Under the pieces are notes generated by a model that worked only from the letters and a program-made list of their open reading frames with translations, had not been told where the DNA came from and did not search any database. From Nageia nagi (taxonomy: Eukaryota; Plantae; Pinophyta), in contig JBITNC010000001.1 in assembly GCA_050084985.1 (NCBI GenBank), forward strand, positions 41,912,001 through 41,976,000: a stretch of 64,000 nt of DNA, in the 5' to 3' direction. Positions within the stretch are counted from its first letter, which is position 1; every line of letters begins with the position of its first letter. Positions 41,030-51,229 of this stretch are shown here, piece after piece. The translations under genes and the position numbers were made by a program.

Positions 41030-42630
41030 CTACATAATTTACAATGATTATAGGGTGTGTCAATGAATCAATGTTAATCATTTCCTCCTCTTATCCTTCT
41101 ATTTCCATCACTAATTCACCTTTGGTTTGTAGGGTCTTTGGATTGCTTTTTCACTCTATGACTATGTCAAAACATCTCAAAGCTAGCATCAAATTGTCAC
41201 AAATGATACATATTCTCATATCAAAATTATCATTACCATAGTATTATGCAAACATAATTCATTTAAATTCTCTATGGTACTTGAGGTTAAATAGTGTCTT
41301 GAGGTGGGTTGTGATAAGAATGGACATCTACCTAGAATATGAATTTTTTTAAGCACACACATGTACATATTCAGATGTGAATAATATCTAACAAAATTAA
41401 TATGAAAAAATGTTAAACTTGACATTTTTATTTACCCCAAAAGGTATGCCCATAGATATAGGAGTGGATGTCATAAAACCTCTATGAGATGCATCTAAAG
41501 GGGAGCCTCCCATCATCTATAATAAAATATGTAAAGGTTTTTACCTTTTAAATTAATTATACATATAATTCAAATTAATTTAAAAATACACATTACATAC
41601 ATGTTAAACACACTAAAAATATGAAAAATATACTTTTATCCTAGTAAGATCAACATCATCCATGGACATCATCTTTGTAGAAGATATCCCATGATTAGCT
41701 GAAGAGGGGCCAACACATATATTACCAACACTTTTGAAAAAATGAGGTACAACTCCACTAACTCCAGCGTTATCTCTATGCTCACTGACATTAGCTACCA
41801 CATTGGTAGCTTATTTAGTGAGAGTCTAGGTCACCTGACTCAAAGCTTTCAATGCTAAAACAACTACCTAATGAAATGTTAGGGTAGGAACAAAAGGAGT
41901 AGGAGGAGGGATGAGTGGTGCAAGATGCACGGGTCAACCTGGATAAGCCATGCTCTAGGTCTATTTTACCCCAAGCCATGACCAATCCCTTGATTACATA
42001 TCATGTCAAAATAATTCACATATTTTCCTAATACATGCTCAGCATATATTTTCTTCCAAAAATACAAAGGTACATCAGAAATATAATGTGATGGTTTATC
42101 AAACATCTTCCACTATTGATCCCAAACTTTTATAGCTATCTTAGGATAAATGCAGCCATCATAGGGAATTATTTCTTTTTTAGGTGGGATGGGTTTGTTC
42201 GATAGATGGATCAATAAAGAGTGGAGAAAGGGTGGCTTTGGTAATACTTAGCTTGTTTACCTCTTGAGTGGAGAGACCATATAAATAATATTATCTCATG
42301 CACTCTCTCTATGACTTGAAACCATACATATCACCATCAACACTCCTAATAGTATCAACTACCATTTGCATCAAAGATGCAAACCATATAACATGGCTCA
42401 AGGAGCTATAAATACTTTGAATGTGGTGAATCATTTCTTATAACAAGTTACTATCATGAGCAATAGCATCTCGTAAATGTTTTTTATCTACACTAGTGGT
42501 TTGGAGTGGGTGTGTGGGTGTAGGGGGTGGAGTTGGAGAGGGTGGAGGGGGTGGAGGATTGACATGTGGCAAGGGTGGAGGATCAACTTGTGGAGGGCGT
42601 GAATTTTGTGGGATATTTTGGGTCACATCA
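41030..42630 (-). pseudogene. Decayed multi-exon accessory gene of the transposon (Pro-rich N-terminus, unknown function)
   Basis: ORF 42438-42626 (PPQVDPPPLPHVNPPPPPP...) continues through stops and frameshifts into PIPPKKEIIPYDGCIYPKIAIKVWDQ*WKMFDKPSHYISDVPLYFWKKIYAEHVLGKYVNYFDM and ORF 41613-41801, ending at a GT donor-like site. Confidence 0.55.
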
Positions 42631-42999
42631 TCTAGTGTCTCATATATGTCATGATAAAATTCATGGGAGAGTTACCCATGATATTAAAAAGACACTTGCA
42701 AACATTAGCAATAACATAAAAATAGAAATAAAATCACTATTACATTAGCAATAACATTAAAAAATATCACATGTTTAACTACAAATACGAAAAATATGCA
42801 AGGAAAGCATATTATAAGAGAACTCTATAAATACATAAAATCTAATCAAATTCCAATCAAACAAGCTATGCAATAGATAAAACACAAGAAAAGCCTATGA
42901 ATATGTAATCAAAGATAAAGCATGTCATTTAAGTATTTATAGACATGCAAAATATTATAGATGATATAAGACCTCTTTGGGTTAGAAAGGGATGTATAA

Positions 43000-45100
43000 A
43001 TATCTACCTACAACTATATTACTAAATGTATAGGTTGAACTTGTAATCATATTTAGAATTATCCCTGGTTCAATAAAAAGGAAGTTTGAAATAAACTTTC
43101 AAACTGAGTATAAGATTTGAGAATCATCTCTCGTAAAATATAAGCCTAAAATTTATCATAACTATGGATTTACGAAAAGGATAAACCACATAGATTGGTA
43201 GAGAATGAAATATACATTTTGAAAGAAAAGGAGCTTGCACTCACATTCTAGGTAGAAGTAGTAAGAATAACTTGATACTTAATCAATAGAAGTGCTACAA
43301 AAGTTATTCCAAACATGACACCAATAAAAGGTAAGATCTAGGTAAAAAACCCATTCTTACTCATTTAAAAAGTTTAGTTATTTAATTTTGTATGCATACT
43401 CCAAAATATAGAAGGTATAAATTATATATTACAATAGTAACATATATATATTACTTAATGATAGTGTTTCTAATAAAATATATAGGGTTTGTGAAATCAA
43501 AACTAAGAAAAATCATGTATTAAGGGATGCAATCTTTGATGAAGGCATTATATAATTTAATGTTGAAAGGATATATAACTCTTTTAAATAGTTAAAGAAT
43601 AAACCAAATCTAGCACACCCACTCCAAGTGATAGTGAAGAAAAGGAATAAGTCTCTCATGATTCCTCTTCAATTTCACCATAAAAGAAGTTGCTCACATG
43701 ATATCTCAAAATTGTAATTAATGTATAATCAATTGCAATAAATCACATATAGGACCACTACCTATGAACATTTTATATTCTCTTCAAATCAATGGAAAAG
43801 TTGGCTCCAACCTTGAAGAAAGGAAAGATGATGATAAAAAAAATATACTAGGCTCATTACTCCATATTTCTAATACATGCAAGCTAGAAAGCCTCAAGGA
43901 GGAGATCATCCTCCCAAGATACTATGTATAATATCCAAGGAAACTATTACAAAAGGCTCATGTTACTAACAAAAATGAAAGGTAAAAGAATCACACATAG
44001 TGGAGAATGCTCCAAATACTTTAAGCAAATGAAAGTTTAAATACTCAACAGAGAAGAGATGACCATCCAAGCTAATTTATAATTTCTTAAGTTATCCTTC
44101 AATTATAGATAGTCTTATCCTTGTTCCCTTTTCCATTTAAATTCATACTTAGCACTTTGAAACAAAAAAATGAATGCCTACACAATAATTTACATTATAT
44201 AAGAACCTATCAAAAACATGAAGAAGGGAGAGAGAGGTTGTTAGATTTGGAAAGAGAGATTTTATTATAGTCAATATTTAATGGATAAGTTATAAGGTTT
44301 AAGTGAAAGGATATTGAAGTCACAAAAGCAAACTTGGCATCATCCAAAATAGTCAATCCAATTTTTCACTCTCAAGTTAAACAAGTATCAAGTGAAATAT
44401 GTACATATGGTTTGTATGATACATTAGGCTCAAATTGGTTTTGGTCTTAATTTCAATCTAAAGTTATTGACCTTTTTTATTCAGTAAACAAGGATCATTG
44501 TTTTGCTCCTTCTTTATTGATTATATTATCCATGATAATCAAACAACAACATATGAAGTCTACCCTAAATGAATTTACAAAATAAATTGATTAGTAGGAA
44601 GAAAGATCACGAACCCAAATTCGTTGTAATTACTAAGACCAATTATTTCTTTAATATAAAATGGGAAATAAAAACTTTTAAAATATATTTTTAACCTCAA
44701 TCAAATTTCTAGAATTAGAATAAGTACAGTTTATAATATCACAATAAAACTACAAGCAATTTGGGAAAGTTATCAAACTGATTTTGTAGAAGTAGATTAA
44801 GGTTTAATATGTCTAATGTAAGTAAAAGATTGCAATTATATTAGAAAATATGATATAAGAGAGAACATAATCTTCTATTTTCAATTCCTTGATAATGAAA
44901 ACTAAGCTACATAATTCTCATCCACTATTTTCAATTCCTCTTAGGTATCTATATGCAATGCAAAATGATGGATAAATTATAATAATAGTTATGATGCACA
45001 TAGGTAGGAGTTGGTTTTATCACTTCATATTTCAATCAGCATCATATTTCCAATAAGAGAAAGGAAATTTATAGAAACCATTATACAAAATGATTAGATA
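43000..45100 (+). mobile_element. Highly decayed Ty1/Copia integrase(-RT) remnant nested in the TIR transposon
   Basis: F*VEVVRIT*YLINRSATKVIPNMTP and KIYRVCEIKTKKNHVLRDAIFDEG at 43240-43545; right boundary uncertain. Confidence 0.6.
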
Positions 45101-46705
45101 TTCAAGTTTAGGAGCCATATTTTGAAAATAACTTTGTAATGTGTTTATAAGATCACGTAGAGCAACTTCAAGGGACATATGGCCTTCTATCTAGAATTCA
45201 TAGAGTCTTGTACCATATTACTAAAATATTTAGACAACAGCTTAATCCCAAGTAACTTTATTATTTGGTGAAGTACAGGAAAGATTTAAGTTATAACCAT
45301 TGAAAAGAACCTATTATTGGCCAATATAAGTAAGGTAAATTAAATAAATGTTGAGTAATGGTATTGAGTTGCATCCCAAGTACATGCCTTATGTCAACCA
45401 ATTTTGGTAAAATAATGAAACATGAATGATCCAGTCTTATGAAAATAGGTATTAAATTTCCAACCACTACAATAGGAAGTCACTCAAATAACCAACAACT
45501 AACTCACTAAGACTATTTTCTTAAATACAAAACCTAAAACCATGAAGTACTCATTTCCATAAACACAAGATAATACTTATGGAATTGTTGGTTAGTATGT
45601 AAAATCTAATGAAATCATTGAATCTATGTATGGATATGAGGTTGATCTCCTCTTTGATTGAGGTTTGATAAAATTTCTCAATTGCAAGAGTTGAACAAAG
45701 AATAAATTAGTAAATTAAGGTTTAGAAGATTACTCAAAAATATTTACAAAGTGGAAAGATACTCAAAAAATACTCTTTTGTGATCTTCAATTATTAGTTG
45801 ACTTGATGTATAAATTGCATCTAGCTTGACCATAGAGGTGAATTTTTCTTGGGGATATTGTATCATATAATCTCTTCTTATGTGAATATGAAATCCAACT
45901 AGATTATCAAACTCTAGTACTATCAAGTTGTAGATGATAAAATGCAATTAGGGGTAGAATATTTTGGTTATCTATTTTCTCAAATGGCAACTTAGGGAGT
46001 TCTATTTATAGTATTTTTCTTCCTAATTCCTAAATTTAGTTGATCAATCATCAATTTAGTTGGGATATCATTTCTCCTCCTAGATGGATTCTTAATTTTA
46101 ATATGGTTAAGGATTATTAAATTAGGAGAAAATAAGGTAAATATTTTCTTATAGTCTAGTTTTATAGGGACATCCTCTTGGAAAAAGATTTAATTTTTAA
46201 AATAGGTACTAATAATTTTGATTATTTATTTTGTGATGAAATTAAAATTTGATATTTTACTAAAAACAAACTTATGAGAAATATCTTAACAAAATTACAA
46301 AAAAAGAACTACACATTTTAATTAAAAAACCTAGCTTTTATTATTTTCTCTTAATAAAATTACAAAAAAAAAATGATATTTTAACCCAAAAAAACTAGTA
46401 GATGGGTTGAACCACTAACCTACGTAACATAGGGAGAATGTGGAGGTAGTTGGTGGGTCTAAAGATGCTGAAATCAGGATCCTAAAATCTGTAGGACACT
46501 TCTTCACAATCATTGGGAGGTGCAAACTATACAGCTAGAAATGAGCTCTATGACCTATGATAAGGTATTTAACTTTAAATTATCAGGATCTTGATATTTT
46601 AGAATCCCAATATAAGCTCGATTTACTAGCCCATATTGGGATCATGATTTGTTTCATATCGAGATCCTGATATTTCTGACCCCAAATTTGTACTTTACAC
46701 TTCCT

Positions 46706-46737
46706 CTTAAAGTGGACCCAAATTCTTGCTTCCACCC
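46706..46737 (-). repeat. Right TIR
   Basis: Reverse complement reads GGGTGGAAGCAAGAATTTGGGTCCACTTTAAG. Confidence 0.9.
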
Positions 46738-47811
46738 CTTTATATTTTCCTCTAAAAGAATTCTAAAAATATTTCCTTGCCAACTTATCCTTGATCTTTA
46801 GTACATACTATTATACATTCTCTATTAAACATATGTTTAATATTATTATATCATCTTGAATGTTTAGTCTTAACCCATGCATGTACCTTGGTATTTATTT
46901 ACTAGTCTCTTCGATATCTCCCACTTTGATGGTCAACCGATAAAATTTATCTTAACCCATGCATGTACCTTGGTTTCTATTTACTAGTCTCTTTGATATC
47001 TCCCACTTTGATGATCAATTGATAAAATTTATTGTTATAGTATTTTAGATTCATATCTATTTTTCCAAGATTATGTATCCTTCTAAAGAAATTCAATTCA
47101 TAATTTGATCGGAGGAACTTCTTGTTTAAATTCTATATCATCCTATTTAAAGACTTGAACTTGTATTTACCTTTCTCAACACTTTCTTTTTTATTTTTTC
47201 ACACCATAAGGACACATGTATTTTTAATTTTATGGCTACAAACTTGCTCTTTGGGGTTCAAGCTTCTACAATAGTTAAGCAAATCCATCTGTGGTTTACT
47301 CCCAACTTTTGCTATCACCTTAACAAGTCTCATTTTAGGAGCATCTTCCTCTTCATTTGGACTAGTTTCTTCTTCCAATGAATTGGATTCACTCTCTTCA
47401 AATCCTACATGTCTCCTTCCTTTATGATGGCCTCTTTCAGGATCTTGTAATTCATTTGTTTCCTCTTTAGCTTTCAATCATCATTGCATCTCTTATAGTT
47501 CTTCCTTCAATATTGATTCTCTTACATTTTGTATATTTTATCTTTGACCTCCTCTTAGACCTACTCTGATGCCTCCTCTTTGGCCTCCCCTTTGATGTCC
47601 TCTAGGTTCTTCTCTACCTAAAGATTATTCTCTTTTTGACATTCTTCTTCCATGGATTAAACCTGAATTAGACCTAGTTCAAGTTGTTTGGTCAAGTCTA
47701 CACACTAAGGATGAACTTCCACACCTAATAATCTCTCCTCAAGATCTTCTACACATAATAATCATTCCTTAAGACCTTACTCAACAAGTCATCTATTGTG
47801 TTTGATTCCAC
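46738..47811 (-). mobile_element. CRM-like gag N-terminal part and degenerate PBS
   Basis: ORF 47199-47477 (KPQMDLLNYCRSLNPKE); YVLKIKDKLAR next to the TSD; internal 82-bp tandem duplication at 46868-47032; degenerate PBS TGGAATCAAACA near 47800-47811. Confidence 0.75.
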
Positions 47812-48440
47812 TATTTAAATACAATTCCACCAATTCACCTAATTTTAACTTGTCAAGGTTCTCAACTCATTACTTACTCAAAGGGGTGATGCACAAATCA
47901 CACCTAAATTCCTAAAACAAAATTTACTACTTCAAATCTATGAATAATGATATTTTGTATTAATTAATATGATCATTAGTTAATTAATACCTACCATTCA
48001 TTTCTTAAATAAAAAATATTTTCACAATACCACTTGAAAACAATAAAATATTAAAAACTTTACTTAAGATTAACTCCAATCCAATGAAATATTACAATAT
48101 GTAAAAATATTTCAATATTCTTTAATTAATCATCATAAAAATCTCCTTTAAATAATTCATATAGCTGATGCCCTTAGCTCTATGGCTTATAAGTTGTAGT
48201 AGACAAGAAAACCTTCTAACACTCTGGAATAATCGAGTACAGGATCCCACAATGTAGAATAAATTGTACTCTTAGTTTCCACTCAGCCCAAAATGTTACG
48301 TTCGCATGTCCCATACTTTGTAAACCATAAAATGTCTGATTTTTAAAACTGGCCGATGTGAAAGGGATTTCCCACTCCCGCATCCCAGAATGGTGCGAAA
48401 CACAAAACTTATCTTCAAGATTTCTTAGGTTGTTGCGTGA
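47812..48440 (-). mobile_element. Putative 5' LTR of the old CRM-like element (partner at 19040-19683)
   Basis: Adjacent to the degenerate PBS; its right part aligns with 19450-19683. Confidence 0.55.
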
Positions 48441-48444
48441 TCGT

Positions 48445-49157
48445 TAGTAATTCATAAATTTGGATTTAAATACTGAAATGAGACATCCTATTTGCTTGAC
48501 AACAGTAGGCAATGGTTGGGAAATAAAAACATTCCAAATGGATAAGCAGTTTACTGCAAATTTTGACTGGAGAGAGTATCTAGGAAATATAATTTTGGAA
48601 GTGGAATTATTTCATTTCTATTTTGGATAGCGTAATGATTTTGTACGTCTGAGCGCCTGGACATTATGGCATAGTGTTCATATTTGAATGACACCTGTGA
48701 ACATACGTCCCTAGCGTTATCTGGATGTTGCCAACCAATCTGTCTCGGGACTGCTAGTTACTCCAGATTCTTTACAAGCCAGAGGAAATTACACAAAAAG
48801 ATACTCCGACAGTATACTCGACATTTGTGCATTCAAAATGAGCTGGAAGAGAAGAAATGGAATCTGTAATCAACTATTATAAATTCATGAAAACAAACAA
48901 TATGGCAAACCATAAATTAGATAGTATAAACAAAGTGTGAAAAAAACATGAAAATCAAAACGCCATGGTTAAGGCTTGTTACTGAAAGAACAAACATACT
49001 TGACACAACCGTCTATCAAAAACCTATGATATTAGACCTCGTTTGCTCTTATTTGGCTAAAATCTTGCCAACATTAAAACAAACTTTATGTATTTCGATA
49101 GAATCAAACACAAACCTGAAGTACCAAAAACAGTAGAGATTGCATCTGCATATTAGC
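48445..49157 (-). pseudogene. BAHD paralog relic: most of the intron plus the last ~14 codons of exon 1
   Basis: Collinear with 10245-10950 (e.g. AGTAGGCAATGGTTGGGAAATA, AGCGTTATCTGG, AGACCTCGTTTGC); donor CAG|GTTTGT at 49116/49115; exon tail ANMQMQSLLFLVLQ vs ININGQFLPLVVIQ. Confidence 0.88.
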
Positions 49158-49489
49158 GGGAGATCTCTATGGATGATTGTAAGAGTATGTTATATCATTC
49201 TTGATGAGATTTGAACATGAAATATTCTATGAAACAGGGTCACAACATGGTCATTCAACCAACAAATTGTGATGAAAAAAACAACCAATGAACTAAAAAA
49301 ACATCACTAATACAAGGGATTAGATTAGAGTTTAACAAGGAACTTTAAAAAATGACTTTCTATTGCTTTATTTTTTCCTATGACATACTATTTACTTAGA
49401 TACTTTAGAACTTTGAAAACAGGATGTACTAAGATATCGAAGTTAATGGTGTCTATAGTGTGAAGGGATGACATCTAAATTCATCACTA

Positions 49490-50520
49490 AGTTCATGAAA
49501 CTTGTCCCAACAAAGCTCTCAGAAGGGGAACGGGAAGACAAAACGTAACTGTCTTGTGAATTGTGATGAAACAAAAGAGTACTGACTATTCTACTAGATG
49601 ATATTTTTTGAGGCACTAAATTAGTTTACACTGTAAAATTTACTTTTATCTTATTACAATACACAATAGGTTTATCTTATCTTCTTCAACGGAAATGGGA
49701 CATATCAACCTTATATAGCAAGACTGAAAGAGGGTCCCATTCAGTAAGTACATGGGCTACTATTTTATTACCTTTATTTCATAGCTTCAGGAGGCGATCT
49801 ATTTATGCTTCAAAAATTTTCTTCGAACGTTTATCACAATCCTTTGAAAGCTACACAATTTGACATAATTCTAAGGCGTATGATAACTATCATGGTGCTT
49901 TCTTGTCTAAACTTGGTCGTCTAATAATTATTAGTGCATAAAACTACTATGGCCTTTGTGTGCGCAATCAATGGCGAGTAATACCATGGAGAAAGCACAG
50001 CTCGGAAAGTGCTTTCCCTCACGTGCAGCAGACCATGAGAATTATTGGGGTAAAATGTGGGCGAGTTTATCTTCATGTATGATTCGTTTGTATCGCTATC
50101 AGGATGTAGATCATCGGGTGTATTCCGTCTTTGTACTTTGCATGTAGAGCGATTCTTTCGCCATCCACTGTGTATAAGAATGTTATAGTATGCTATTACT
50201 GTCATTTTCGAAAGGTCTACCAGTAGAAGAGATTTAAAATTTTCACATACAATGTATTGCGCTGCTAGTGGAAATTGTGAAATACAATGTATTGGAATGC
50301 CTATTGCCTACTATAAATAATGGGCTATATTAGGAAAGCACTGTTCTACGTAGGGAATTCACATAAACTTTCTCCGTCGTCTTGACTTTGTAGATTGATA
50401 TTATAATTTAGGTTAAGTTTCTTTGAAGAAATGTTTTTCTAATTATTAGGAAAATCTATGTGTAAAACATTGTAAATGCCAAGAAAGTATGAAATTTATT
50501 ATTTTATTATAATTTTTTTA
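49490..50520 (-). promoter_or_regulatory. Paralogous copy of the BAHD upstream region (11850-12800)
   Basis: Long collinear matches, e.g. ATAGCAAGACTGAAAGAGGGTCCCATTCAGTAAGT, CCATGAGAATTATTGGGGTA, ATTCGTTTGTATCGCTATCA, TGTAGATTGATATTT. Confidence 0.9.
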
Positions 50521-51229
50521 AACATCATCAATATGGAAGTTGAAGTTGGAAATTTAATTGAAGGTAAATTGACCTATCACTTCTTTTCCAATTATCCTAA
50601 TAAAATGACTTGAATATGATAAAAATTATTTATCTTTTATAAAATAATGCTTAAGAAAAAAAATTAAAATAAATAAATTTTATTATTTAAATATACTAAT
50701 TTTTAATTTTAATAATAAATTAAAAATATGCATATTATGTTAATATTCTTATGTTTTCAAATTCTAAGGGAAAAAATAATAATTGTAATTTGATTTATAA
50801 ATGTGTAACAACAAAAGAATTTTTAATGCAATAAAATTATTGATTCATTTATATGTTATTATTATTGTTAGTTGTGTTGTTGTTTTTATTTTTATTTTTA
50901 TTATTAGTAGTAGTAGTATAATTATTATTATAACTGAATATGATGATAATTTAATTTATAAATATGTAAATAAGAAAAGAATATATAATAGAATAAAATT
51001 ATAGGTTTATTCATATTTTATTAAATTCTTACAATATATAATGTAAATATTATATATGTTATGAATATGTTAACAATATAATATCAAAATAAAAGTAACA
51101 TACATGATATGATGATTATACTCCAAATGATCCACATTACCATATTTATATAGATTTGTATATCACTATTATATTATATTATATTATGTTATGTTATTTT
51201 TGTTGATATTATTATTATTATTCCAATGC

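Larger units (their letters stand above)
29523..46737 (+). mobile_element. 17.2-kb TIR DNA transposon, Sola-like (Sola2-type), with 4-bp TSD CTTT
   Basis: TIRs at 29523-29554 and 46706-46737 (28/32 match, start GGG); CTTT at 29519-29522 and 46738-46741; DDD transposase remnant inside; excision restores the flanking gag frame. Confidence 0.85.

Noticed and set aside
42438-42626. Extensin-like host gene
   Set aside because: No signal peptide or regular SPPPP repeats; it lies within the TIR element and runs into decayed sequence.
29523-46737. CACTA/EnSpm classification
   Set aside because: The termini are GGGTG, not CACTA/G; the TSD is 4 bp; the transposase motifs are not TnpD-like.
48220-48445. 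Open minus-strand frame (~70 codons) as a new exon 2 for the ghost gene
   Set aside because: No in-phase splice acceptor, no recognisable domain, and the sequence is LTR-homologous.
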